A stretch of 63,234 bases of DNA, filler included, from Octopus bimaculoides (taxonomy: Eukaryota): NCBI RefSeq assembly GCF_001194135.2. It is 6 parts of 6 records of this genome, joined end to end, with 100 filler letters (N's around TTAATTAATTAA, not from the genome) between each part and the next. Parts side by side here need not be neighbours in the genome. Positions count along the whole stretch, not along the records: positions 1 to 16,910 come from NC_068987.1; 5 more parts are not named here. The stretch is one strand, 5' to 3'. The position numbers were made by a program, and so were the translations under genes. The notes beneath the pieces were generated by a model, which was not told the origin of the DNA, did not search any database, and saw only the letters and a list, made by a program, of their open reading frames with translations. This document shows, in pieces, positions 1 to 12,042 of this stretch (its first letter is position 1; the number at the start of each line of letters is the position of its first letter).

Positions 1-171
1 ATAGATTAATTGTCCACGTTAGTGGTCAACGTTATTTTTTTAAAATGTACCTTAATCCCCTGAGATTGCAGATACTATTTCTGAATCTCTTTGATTCTTT
101 AGATGTGCTGGCCTCCTGATAATTAATCGATATTAATTAATATATGATTAATTAACAGATTTTATAATTAT

Positions 172-172
<1 letters not shown>

Positions 173-224
<52 letters not shown>

Positions 225-246
225 CAGATAGATAGATAGATAGATG

Positions 247-282
<36 letters not shown>
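173..282. repeat. (GATA)n microsatellite
   Basis: Direct tandem GATA/TAGA array. Confidence 0.97.
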
Positions 283-283
<1 letters not shown>

Positions 284-519
284 GACAATTATATTAAATG
301 AGGAGATTATTATATCTGAATATTTTTCTTATAGTCAATTATAGAGCTTATTTATTTAAAATATCTCCAACGCACGTTTCTACTGCACAGACAATTCGCA
401 AATTGCATTTACACTCAATTACATTCATCTGGCTATTTCTCTATGCAACTTCACTCACACATACATACATACACACATACCACAGACTTCTATACAGTTT
501 CCTGTATTAAATTTCACTT

Positions 520-671
520 TATACATTATTTACATTATTTACATTTGACGGATATTTGTCCTCATCTTGTTTGTTGTTAACACTACGTTTCGGCTGATAT
601 ACCCTCCAGCCTTCATCAGGTGTCTTAAGAAAATTTCGAACCAGGGTTCTCATTCCTAAGGTATTTTTCGA

Positions 672-751
<80 letters not shown>

Positions 752-768
752 TCACTGCCTGGAATCGG
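520..768 (-). mobile_element. Solo PLE terminal-repeat (pLTR) fragment with (AAT)n tract and hammerhead; truncated at the 3' end of the tRNA-like head
   Basis: Near-identical to 27090-27280, the 3' end of the PLE ORF at 27369-28320; includes (ATT)n at 674-747. Confidence 0.85.
579..624 (-). ncRNA. Minimal type-I hammerhead ribozyme, family F1, intact core
   Basis: Minus strand GACAC-CUGAUGA-A-GGCUG(GAGGGUAUAU)CAGCC-GAAAC-GUA-GUGUU: stem I GACAC/GUGUU, stem II GGCUG/CAGCC, palindromic ACGU stem III, GUA cleavage triplet. Confidence 0.8.
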
Positions 769-1559
769 TATACATTTATACATACGATACGTATATTCAT
801 ATTTATATTTATATATACGATAAGATACGGTTGTATAGTATATTTGTGGCAGTATATTTGTCTTTGCGTTTGTATGAGCGTGCATGTGTAGGTATGTATG
901 TGTGAATATGTGTACGTGTGTAATTGGCAAAGAAAGTCATTGCGATACTAATAGTGTGATTAAATTGTTTTGGCAGTAAATGATTGTTGTATATCAAACA
1001 TATACACAAGAATATAGGGAAATATATTCCCGTTTCCCTCTCCAGAAACGAAGTAAGACTTGAATTATGTATTGTATGATGATTATAAAGTCGCCAGCTG
1101 TAGACTGAAATTAAAACTGAGGCATATTAAAAAAAAAGCCGTCATCTGGATAAGACTAACGTTGGCCTGACTATTGTAACTGTACACCTCGACTAACTCC
1201 TCTAATCCTATTGAGTATGTTCAATTATATAGTATTCTAGCGCTTTTATAGCGATGGACTGTACCCACCGTCGTACTATTTAGTCAGATAAACTTAGTGA
1301 GTGCTTCAAGATGGGTTAAAGCCACTATGCAATGCTGTTGACTGTACATGACAGGAATGTGTGAGTTTACTGAAGTTACATGATGGTGCTTCTACTGGAA
1401 ATTGGAACCAAGTTTCAGAATCCTTAACACCGTTCTACATCAACAACAGCCAATAATATAGATTGATAATAATAAAATAATTATACTTAGTTTAAAAATG
1501 GGTGGAGTATAATGTCATTGAAACTACGTCATTCAAACAATATTAGTTTCAAATATTAG

Positions 1560-1758
1560 TTTCAACAAGGGCAGTTTTTCACAGAGGGGGTAAGTCGATT
1601 ACATCGAACCCAGTGCTCTACTGATACTTAATTGATCGATCCCGAAAGAATGAAAGGCAAAGTCGACCTCGGCGGAATTTGAACTTAGAACCTGAAGACG
1701 GACGAAATGCCGCTAAGCATGTTGACCGGCGTGCTCAAGATTCTGCCAGCTGGACGCC
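1560..1758 (-). mobile_element. tRNA-headed SINE, family C
   Basis: Matches other copies: head ggcggcgagctggcagaa..gagttcaaattcc, body gtcgactttgcctttcatcctttcggggtcgat. Confidence 0.85.
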
Positions 1759-1906
1759 ATGTTATTGAAACAATATTCAAATGTTTTTAAAATATTAGTT
1801 GTAAAATACTGTACAATAATTTTGAGCTCTTGACTTTTTATGATTTATTTTCATTTATTACGTACATAGATAAACATTAGTTGAAGATTCAATATAAGTA
1901 AGTGCA

Positions 1907-2266
1907 AGTGAAGTTGTATGGTAAGAAATGTGATTCCTAACTGCATGATCCTGGGTTCAGTGCCACTAGCGGTGCCTTAGGCAAGTGTCTTTTACTATAT
2001 CACCGGCCTAACCAAAGACTTGTGAGTGGATCTGGTAGACGGAAACTGAAAGAATCTCGTACTATATATGTATATGTTTGTGTTTTTGTGTTTGTCCCCA
2101 CAACATCGCATGAGAAACTATGTTGGTTTGTGTACGTCCGGTAACTGATCGGTTCTGCAAAAGAAATCGATAGAATAAATACTTAGGTCGATTTGTTCGA
2201 CTAAACACGTTAAGGTGGTGCCCAAGTATGGCCGTAGTTCAATCATTAAAATAAGTAAAGAATAAA
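1907..2266 (+). mobile_element. tRNA-headed SINE, family A (diverged)
   Basis: tggtaag..gggttcagtgcc head, gtgagtggatctggtagacggaaactgaaaga body, internal (TA)/(TG) tract; homologous to 36368-36695. Confidence 0.85.
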
Positions 2267-2584
2267 CGATAAATGATTAAACCAAACTCAATCGGTGCAC
2301 CAATAATGAATGCAGATAATTTAGAACCTTCTGTGGATTCATACAACCCCATCCATTATGAGAACAACAATTACTGAAAGAAAACATAATTTATTCTTCG
2401 GATATAGAAGTTGATCATGTTACCACCGTCATAATTTATGCTAACAACCCGTTGAATTCAGAAAATATTTAGTGAGAAAACAAATACGTTTGAAAATCAA
2501 TAAAACCACGACAAATATTGGGACTTCATTTAAATTCAAATATAATTGAGTCTTTAGAGAAGATTTGAACGAATATAATACATT

Positions 2585-2759
2585 AACCCTTCGCCAGTTC
2601 TATCTTATGTATCACATGTGTTACATAGGACACATTTTTCTGGTGTCCATGCATCATATTCTATATGCATTCCCAATTTTTTTTATCAACCACGGGAGTA
2701 ACGCGAAACTTATGAAAGGAAAGCTTTACATTACTCAGAATGTATGAAACAAGGGTTAA
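2585..2759. mobile_element. Possible piggyBac-like MITE
   Basis: ttaaccctt...aagggttaa termini (TTAA plus CCCT/AGGG); only 9 bp of inverted identity. Confidence 0.3.
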
Positions 2760-3685
2760 CTCACAGTATGAAAACAAGCATGGACGTTTCGGGCAAAATT
2801 ATGAAAATACTTTGGACAGGCAAAGAGGTAAGGAATCATTTACCACATGAGCTAAGGACACTGAAAAATTATCTTAGATGAACTGGAAAAGACGGTTTGG
2901 GAACGGAAGAAAATGCTTTAGACAAGCAAAGGGTTAAGCAAGGAGCGATACTGGAAAGGATCCAAGTGAATATGTTCTACAGTAGTTGTTTACTGTTTCC
3001 AGCTTTAAAGTAACTGGGTTAGCTTTTGAGATATTCAGTCTCGGTCTGTATTTAAGGAAAATCAAGATACGCTACTCTGCTTAACTTTTCCAATTCTTTA
3101 TGTTCTTCGGGGAGTTTGTGAATTTGTACTTCCAAAACCATAATTGAAAATGTCATGCCCCAAAACAATGAAATTCTGTAAGATAGAGAAAAAAGTCATT
3201 GCGATAGTCCTGTGAGTGTATCGTATGACACACGAAGGGATATTTGACTAATGCTGCTTGTCATATTTCTACACCCCAGTTGATATCACGACAGCGCTAG
3301 CTTTTTCTTAATTTGTCGAAATTAGATACGTGTTGATCAATAATAATGTTTGTAAAGTAGCCAACCACATCATGCGAACAAATTAATTGAACTAACTACA
3401 TTTATAATTACTCAGCAACTTTTGGTCTTTTGATCGAACACAAGACCATATCTTTAAAAAGGGAGGCGGTGAATATTTTACGGAATTGACACTGGTTTCA
3501 ACTTTTAAAACTTTAATGCATAATTTAATAGGTTTTTCGATCTAAACGCTGCAATGAATCCCCACACATTTTAAATAACCTATTATAGTCTGCTATAATA
3601 ATAGTAGAGTGTAATAATTTACACGATAAATATTCGTTACAACATCCATTATAACCAATGAACACACACACATGCACACACATAC

Positions 3686-3717
<32 letters not shown>

Positions 3718-4689
3718 NNNNNNNNNNNNNNNNNNNNNNNNNNNNNNNNNNNNNNNNNNNNNNNNNNNNNNNNNNNNNNNNNNNNNNNNNNNNNNNNNNN
3801 NNNNNNNNNNNNNNNNNNNNNNNNNNNNNNNNNNNNNNNNNNNNNNNNNNNNNNNNNNNNNNNNNNNNNNNNNNNNNNNNNNNNNNNNNNNNNNNNNNNN
3901 NNNNNNNNNNNNNNNNNNNNNNNNNNNNNNNNNNNNNNNNNNNNNNNNNNNNNNNNNNNNNNNNNNNNNNNNNNNNNNNNNNNNNNNNNNNNNNNNNNNN
4001 NNNNNNNNNNNNNNNNNNNNNNNNNNNNNNNNNNNNNNNNNNNNNNNNNNNNNNNNNNNNNNNNNNNNNNNNNNNNNNNNNNNNNNNNNNNNNNNNNNNN
4101 NNNNNNNNNNNNNNNNNNNNNNNNNNNNNNNNNNNNNNNNNNNNNNNNNNNNNNNNNNNNNNNNNNNNNNNNNNNNNNNNNNNNNNNNNNNNNNNNNNNN
4201 NNNNNNNNNNNNNNNNNNNNNNNNNNNNNNNNNNNNNNNNNNNNNNNNNNNNNNNNNNNNNNNNNNNNNNNNNNNNNNNNNNNNNNNNNNNNNNNNNNNN
4301 NNNNNNNNNNNNNNNNNNNNNNNNNNNNNNNNNNNNNNNNNNNNNNNNNNNNNNNNNNNNNNNNNNNNNNNNNNNNNNNNNNNNNNNNNNNNNNNNNNNN
4401 NNNNNNNNNNNNNNNNNNNNNNNNNNNNNNNNNNNNNNNNNNNNNNNNNNNNNNNNNNNNNNNNNNNNNNNNNNNNNNNNNNNNNNNNNNNNNNNNNNNN
4501 NNNNNNNNNNNNNNNNNNNNNNNNNNNNNNNNNNNNNNNNNNNNNNNNNNNNNNNNATAGTCGATGGGTCTTATCTGGAAAATCCCGAAACCGCCCCCTA
4601 AGTGTCTAGAAACACCATCAAGAGCATCAGTGATACGTATCTTGTAATGATAAATACACACGCGCGCACGCACACACTCACATATATAT

Positions 4690-4918
4690 ATTTCTTTATT
4701 GCCCACAAGGGGCTAAACATAGAAGGGACAAACAAGGACAGACAAAGGGATTAAGTCGATTACATCGACCCCAATATGTAACTGGTGCTTTATTTATCGA
4801 CCCAGAAAGGATGAAAGGCAAAATCGACCTCGGCGAAATTTGAACCCAGAACGTAACGGCTAACGAAATAACGCTAAGCATTTCGCCCGGCGCGCTAACG
4901 TTTCTGCCAAGTCGCCGC

Positions 4919-4921
<3 letters not shown>
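4690..4921 (-). mobile_element. tRNA-headed SINE, family C, variant with Tx1-like 3' tail
   Basis: Family C head and body; tail tttgtcccttctatgtttagccccttgtgggcaataaagaaat matches the LINE end at 26854-26897. Confidence 0.88.
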
Positions 4922-4953
<32 letters not shown>

Positions 4954-5700
4954 ACACACACACTCACATATATATATATAGTGTCGATGTGTTTATATCT
5001 ATGTATATATATCCATATATGTGTGTTTGCGTTTGTGTGTGTATAAGTGTGTGTGTGTATAAGTGTGTGTGCTTGTGTGTGTGTATGTGTGTTTGAATAT
5101 TTGTGTACGTATATGTTTAAATTGCGCAAGACATCTGTCATTACCTAGAGACCAACTATTCTATTTCCACCTTTAATATTCATTCCATTTACTTCATATT
5201 CACATCTTTTACTTACGTATGCAATCCATTGTGATTTGTGGCCTATTGATCTAGGTAACCTAACAATTAACAACAATACTGCATTGTCACACATACAGAT
5301 ATAGAAACCCCAATTTTTATTTTAACTGAAAACATTTTAAAGATGTTTATGTATGTGTATGTAAATATATCTAAAATCCATGAAGTGCATTTTTGTGGCT
5401 TCAAATTTGATAAAAATATTTTAACAGCATTTCAGAATCGTAATATCGTTCTTCTAGCCAGGAATATTATAACTGATGTGGAAATGAGTAACTTGAAATC
5501 ATGATACATAGATATATATATATATACATATATATATACATACATGCATACATTACATACAAGTACATACAGATACATATATACAGAAATGGATAAATAT
5601 ACATAAATACATACATGCACACACACACATACACACAGATAGATGGATAGATCGATAGAGAGAGAGAAAGAGAGAGAGAGCGAGAGAGAGAGACAGAGAC

Positions 5701-5733
<33 letters not shown>

Positions 5734-5793
5734 GGGACGGACAGACAGACAGAGGGACGGACAGAGAGAAGACAGACAGACATATCGATAGAT

Positions 5794-5826
<33 letters not shown>

Positions 5827-5841
5827 TATAGATAGACAGAC

Positions 5842-5894
<53 letters not shown>

Positions 5895-5900
5895 TATAGA
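4921..5900. repeat. Compound microsatellite fields (CA, TA, TG, GA, GACA, GATA)
   Basis: Direct arrays at 4921-5100 and 5505-5900. Confidence 0.9.
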
Positions 5901-6164
5901 TATAAAGGTATTTAAAACAAAATAAGAAAGTATTAACTAAATGTAATGAGAATACAAATATTATATATCATTTAAGTGATGGAGTAACATCTGAAACATC
6001 AGACTGTATGGAAACATATGTCTTAATTCTTAACTAGAAATTTCTATAGATGCACAAATTATACAAACAATGAAATTTTAAAAAATACACAAAAATCACA
6101 TTACGATTCGCGGTACTGGTATCGATTGCTTGAACAGTATGAATAATTATTATTATTTTAAAAT

Positions 6165-6368
6165 GGAGTTGTGTGGTAAGAAGCTTGCTTCCCAACCATA
6201 TGTTCTTAGGTTCAATACCACAGTGCGGTAAATTAGACAAGTGTTTTCTACTATAGTACCGTGCCGACCAAAGCCTTTGAGTAGATTTCACAGATGGAAA
6301 CTGCAAGAAGCTCGTCATATATTCTTTTACTTGTTTCAGTCTTTTGACTGTGGCCATTCTGGAGCATG

Positions 6369-6416
<48 letters not shown>

Positions 6417-6678
6417 ATGTATATGTGTAGATAGATTGATAGATACGTGTGAGTGTGTCTGTGTGTGTGCGTGCGTGTGTTTGTCTCCACCACCACTTTA
6501 CAACAAGTGTTGGTTTGTATACGTCTCCCTAACTTAGCGGTTTGGAAAAAGTCAACGATAAAATAATTGCCAGGCTTTTAAAAAAAATAGTGTTGGGATC
6601 CATTTGTTCGACTAAACCCTTCTAATCGGTGCTCCATCATGGCCACAGTCTAAAGTCTGAACAAGTAAAAGGTAAAAG
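6165..6678 (+). mobile_element. tRNA-headed SINE, family A
   Basis: ggagttgtgtggtaagaagcttgcttcccaaccat..ggttcaatacc head; internal (TA)n(TG)n; shared 3' part. Confidence 0.88.
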
Positions 6679-6779
6679 ATAATTAAATAGAATGAAGTAT
6701 CTAACAATGAAAGCATTTACCTTTAGCATTATGGTTTTGATAGCCATCCATAGTTAAGGTTGATGGTTTTCTTAAAAGG

Positions 6780-6975
6780 TTTTCATGCTGTCAGATCTTT
6801 CTACATGAATTTGAAGGAAGGGAGTGAGCCTGCATGAAATGTCATTGATGTTGTTAATGTTCCGTTTAAACTGTTGCACATCAACACCTGCATTAAAGGC
6901 ATGAACGGGAAGAAGATTCCAGCGGGATCGATGAATAGGGAAAGAAGGATTAGGCGTGGTAGATAGTATTAAGAG
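6780..6975 (-). mobile_element. APE-type LINE (L2/CR1/Jockey group) ORF2 C-terminal remnant
   Basis: Translation SFPIHRSRWNLLPVHAFNAGVDVQQFKRNINNI fits the terminal SF..R..LWN.LP...F......FK motif of these LINEs. Confidence 0.5.
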
Positions 6976-7390
6976 AATTGATTCGGACGCACCAAGGCTG
7001 AAGAGAAGTGGAGAGATGAATGGTTTTGGGTACGCGACCACCCAGCGCTGGGGGGGGGGGATTGAAGCCATGATAATAGTAATGGAAGAGACAGAGAGAA
7101 GGGACAGCTCACCTATGGGGGCCAGACACTGGAATGTGTCCGTTAGTGATGGAGTGCCGATCAGCCAATTGACCTTTCATTGGTTTTAGCCCATGATGCC
7201 AGTGCGCGTAGCAGTACCGTCCCGCAAATGAGAGCTGTACTCTGTGTCTTGCCGACGTTTGCTCATCTGATTGGACACACGCACACACACACACACAAAC
7301 ACATCATCTGATCGGACACACGTACACACACATATATACATGCACACACAAACACACGTACACACACGCACATATGCATACACACGACAA

Positions 7391-7610
7391 TATATTGATT
7401 TCAAATTTTGGCAAAAAGCTAGAGATTTTGAGGTGAGGGGTGAATCGATTACTTCGACCCCAGTATTCAACTGGCATTTATTTTATCGATCCCGAAAGAA
7501 TGAAAGCTAAAGTCGACCTCGGCAGAATTTGAACTCAGAACGTAAAAACGGACGAAATGCTGCAAAGCATTTTGTCCGGTGTGCTAACGATTCTACCTTC
7601 TCGCTGCCTT
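7391..7610 (-). mobile_element. tRNA-headed SINE, family C
   Basis: Full head, body and tail homologous to 41672-41880 and 59133-59345. Confidence 0.9.
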
Positions 7611-7984
7611 CACACACGACAGTATATTGACACACGATCTAATTAACTTGAAAGAAAACTAGCAGGTGAAGATCTGCCAGACTCATGCTTCAAGTAAATA
7701 AAATAGACTTGATAGCAAGGCTAGGAGAAGAAACAGTTTGTAAACAAGTTATAATTTAATAAATATCGGTCTGAATCCAGTTATTTCTTCATAGAAGCGG
7801 TGAAATTACCACATTAAATAAAAATTATAGCACTGTACATGATATCCGAATGTAATCTTTGCGATCAATTTTCGAAACATTAATCGATAATAAAATGATT
7901 TAAATGCCAGATTATATCTTTTATATCACTTTATGGTTAGGGCTCATGAAATTAAATTGATGGATTCGTGTATCTCAGTAGGCC

Positions 7985-8325
7985 ATTTCTACATATGAAG
8001 ATGGACTGAAAAGTTCATAGGCTGACTATAAAAGAGTGATGCTTGAGTTGTGGAATCTTGCATGTATTAATTTCAGCCATTCTTATTAATAACTGCACTG
8101 TTTCTTTCCAGTTAAACTGACGTCTGACTGCTCAAAGAAGACTTCAGATGTAACTTGTGGCGACTTTTCTTGAGAATAGACAAAATTTGGCATCGTGATG
8201 TTATCAATTACCTACAGAAAAAGGGTTTAATCCCCATAGATATTCATGCTGATATGCTTACTACATAAGAAAACGTTCCAGCTTTATCAAAAGTGCAAAT
8301 ATTGGCTATGGAATGATGAATATTG
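7985..8325 (+). mobile_element. Mariner 5' remnant (TIR plus transposase N-terminus)
   Basis: TIR-like gatggactgaaaagttcataggctgac; decayed frame (I)DKIWHRDVINYLQKKGLIPIDIHADML. Confidence 0.7.
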
Positions 8326-8483
8326 ACGATATTTGTTAATAAATAGAAAGAGAATTCAGTGAGATAAGATATGTCCGTTTATTAGCAAAACATACGCAGT
8401 AATGGCCTCTTACTATTAGGGACCCGAATGTGTTCTTTTAAATTAGAAAGCTCCCATAATAGTAGGTGACTAATGGAAGGGAG

Positions 8484-9345
8484 ATAACACCACAACCCGC
8501 TTTCAGGTTATGAGTTCATAACGACAGTTTCTTTGGTGGTCGAATTCTCCGACCACTCCTGATGTACACTGCTGCCTTGGGGCTTCCCGATTTGGTAGGT
8601 GGGACATCCCTGTACGCAGTGAACTGAGTCTCTGGTTGGTTAACTTGTTCGGCGAGATGTTCTGCTGAATTGTCGTGGCTGTACTCAGGAATGTTTCTGG
8701 GTACGGTTGGTAAGGTGGACAATTCTGATGGGGTAGCTACCTGAGGAAACTTGGTTTTCGCACTTCTATTGCGAAGATGGCTTCTGTTTCGACGAAGTAG
8801 TTCTGAATCTGCCTAGACATGTACTAATTTTGGTGATAGAGTTTTCACCACTGGTTTTAGGTGTCTTCAACGAAACTGGCTGTCCTTCAGTGAAAGATAC
8901 ATGCTCTCTAGCTCGATGACGTTTATCAAAGACTTTTATCTCAATTTGAGCTGAGAGTCTGCATTTTTGTGTTGCTCAACATTTTCTTGGCAGGATACAC
9001 TTTTATAAGAAATTGTTTGAATGCGACGCCTGAGTTTCCTATTCATTAACAATTCTGCAGGACTCTCGCCATGTTGTAGTGGAGTACTGCGATAATTAAG
9101 CAGTGCGATATATGAACCACTTGCTTTTTTAGAAGGTTTTTAACTGTCTGAACCGCACGTTCAGCTTCTCCGTTTCCTTGTGGTTAATGGGGGCTACTGG
9201 TGAGGTGTAAAAGGCCACAAACATTTGAAAAATCTCAGAACTCCTTCGATATGAATTGAGGGCCGTTATCGGTAATGACAACCTCCGGTATACCATATCT
9301 AGCAAATATTGATTTGCAGCTGTCAACGATACTGTTGTCTGTAGA
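8484..9345 (-). mobile_element. Gypsy LTR-retrotransposon integrase remnant with degenerate PPT and start of the 3' LTR
   Basis: KSIFARYGIPEVVITDNGPQFISKEF*..TSSPH*PQGNGEAERAVQTVKNLLKK (rve core); C-terminal RRNRSHL and RSGRRIRPPKKLSL*; aaagcgggt|TGTGGTGTTAT at 8503-8484. Confidence 0.92.
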
Positions 9346-9585
9346 TTTCTCTTTCTGAAAATCCCAGCTTATCCAGATTCTCCTTTAAGCGTTTACTAAC
9401 AAAACCTAGTGCTCCAAATATTATTGGTATGAATATGAATTCATAGTCTGGATATAGGAGCTGGAGGTTTTGAAACAGTTGTCCATAGATATCCTCTTTT
9501 TCTTTGATTTTCAAAGAGATATTTATATCTGCAGGGTAGCTGACCTCTATGATGGTACATAATTTTACCCCTCTGTCCCACACAT
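9346..9585 (-). mobile_element. RLE-type non-LTR retrotransposon (R4/Dong-like) endonuclease fragment
   Basis: VWDRGVKLCTIIEVSYPADINISLKIKEKEDIYGQL..LQLLYPDYEFIFIPIIFGALG: PD-(D/E)xK RLE C-terminus with the EK..KY and IPI..GALG motifs. Confidence 0.8.
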
Positions 9586-11835
9586 ATGTGTGCATGTATG
9601 TATGTATGTATGTATGTATGTATGTATGTATGTATGTATGTATGTATTAATACATGTGAGTGTGATGTAATTAATTTGCGATGAAACTTCAAGTGATATA
9701 TTTCAGCGAGGAAATTACTTGCATTGAATTATCCGAAGGCCGTACCGTCTGTATGCAGTGTTTAATCTATGTACGCACCCCAGTGAATGATGAGACGTAT
9801 AAATATTTCAGTCACTGATTGATGAGGACGTGTCTGGATTGGAACACTACGGTATCTCTAACCGGTTTTATATTATGTCCATGAGAACCCTATCTCTTCC
9901 ATTACGAAATAAGTAAACCCTAGGAATATTTTAATATATGACCTATGTTTTATAGGTTCGTGCGCGTAAAACACACACACACACATTCACACATATGAAC
10001 ATATATGCATACATTTATATATGTATACATACGTTCACATATGTGTGTGTTTATATTTCTTTATAAACGCATATATTTGTGTGTGTATGTGTATGTGTGT
10101 GTGTGTTTGTGTGTATGTGTGTGTGTCTGTGTGCATGTATGTATGCATGTAATGTGTATGAATGCATGTAGAAATTGTGTTTTCAAACAAGTATCGTTAG
10201 ATTTTATTGGGATCATACTACTTGTTATATCACACTCATTGCTTTTGCATATCGTTCAGTTTTATTTAATTGATTAATTGGTTTGTCAAATCTCTTTCGT
10301 TCGAGCTTGTGTCTCTATTCATTACAGTGTGTCTGTCTTCCATGCCTTCTCTACTGACATAACCTACTTGACCTTTACTCTTTGTTGTCTACTAGTAAAT
10401 GATCAATGTTATGATATTTATATTTACATATTCTATGTGCGTAACTCCAGATACAAATATATATATTCACATGCACACACACACACATACAATCATACAT
10501 GAATGTCTGTATATAATATATGTGTGTGCATGTGTGTGTGTGCATGTGTGTGTGTGTGTGTGTGATAATAATTGGGATGGGGGTGATGGTACTCTGTGTA
10601 CTATTGTATGTACTGGGCGATTATGTATGTGGGGTAGATATTGCGTTGAACATTTGGACTTTGTATTTTAAAATTCATTACGTTCACACGTATCTAAATA
10701 AATCTACAGTACATGTATGCTTATGTGTGTATTTCTGTGTTGGTATTTATGCTGTTTTTAGCTTTGCTTGTGACTTGTCATTTGTATTTTTTTTTTTGTT
10801 TTTTTGGTTTTTTTGCATATCTTATCATTTCATGTTTGCGCTTTTTAAACTTATCCTTGTATGCATGTATGAGAATGTATATGTATGCATTTATGGATAT
10901 ATGTATGCATGCAGTAGTTGATGTCATTTTGAGACTAGGAGAGTGCTAAGAAAAATGAAACTTGTATACCGTGAAAAAATATATATTCGAACCAGTGTGA
11001 ATGAACAATGTTCAGACCAAGTCGTACATGTAAGTAAAGCTACTCATATATGGGTATGAGTGTGAGTAGCTTTGAGTTAGTATAGGCACCAACTTGTGTA
11101 TACAAGTTGTAGATATTCAAGTGACTTTGTACGCTTTTTAGTGCTTGTAGACGAGAAAAAATGAGTCTCGATCCAAAAATGAATTCAGTGATAATGCTTA
11201 TCTATAAGTCAATTAAAAATCCAGGGTGCCTAGAAATATGGTTATGTATGTTTAAAGAGTAGGATATAAAGTTAATTGGCAATGTTAGCCGTCTCAATGA
11301 GATAAGCAAGCGTTATGCATTAAAAATAATGTGGTGTAGCCGAGTTCTCTTGAACTGAAAATGAAGCAGTGCTATTAAATTGTAGATAGAAGTAGCATCT
11401 AACAGAAATGATATCAGGAATTCCCGCTGATAAATGAAGGTAATATAGGCAATAAAATGCAATGAGACAAATGTATGTGGTGTGGTATGCTTATACGTAT
11501 AGTGTGGTGTACCTGGAGGTATTCTAAAAACATTATGGCAGAATATAGACATGGAAACAATTTTTTTTTAGATATGTTGAGCAAGAAGGAAAATATGACT
11601 ATGTATAAAAAATAATTGGCAGTTTAAAATATTTACGTCTCCCATAAAGCCACCCTATCAGAAATGCACATTTTTTTTAATCAAGCGTTAGTGGTAATTA
11701 ATGTTGAATCTTTAATGGTTGGAGAGTAAATGCGAAGGTTATACGAGAAAGTTTTTCTCTTCTATATTTTTGAGATGAGGAATTATGTACATTATTTACA
11801 ATAGATGGATAGGAATCTTCACCTTGTTTGTTGTT

Positions 11836-11881
11836 ACCACAACGTTTCGGCTGATGTACTCTCCAGTCTTCATCAGGTGTT
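11836..11881 (-). ncRNA. Hammerhead motif F1; core intact, one mismatch each in stems I and II
   Basis: AACAC-CUGAUGA-A-GACUG..CAGCC-GAAAC-GUU-GUGGU; the inverted copy at 12051-12098 has CUAAUGA and GAAACAUU (decayed). Confidence 0.65.
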
Positions 11882-11973
11882 CTGGTGGAATTTCGAACAC
11901 AACCCTTCACTTGATTATTGGAGTACTCTGTTCTCATTCCTTAGGTATTCTTTGTTGATGTTATTTCCCAAGT

Positions 11974-12042
11974 CCTGCCTGGTACTGAACTCAGAATCCG
12001 AGAGTTAATAGCACGCGCTGTTATCCACTAGGCTATATGCCC
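11974..12042 (-). promoter_or_regulatory. tRNA-like Pol III head (A and B boxes) within the pLTR
   Basis: GGGCATA-TAGCCTAGTGG (A box)..GAGTTCAGTACC (B box, one mismatch) with tRNA-like spacing. Confidence 0.65.

Noticed and set aside
3525-4706. Long ORFs in the ORF track spanning N runs (also 13020, 36663, 52370, 57011, 58554 and others)
   Set aside because: They are open only because N codons contain no stops; the flanks are microsatellite translations.
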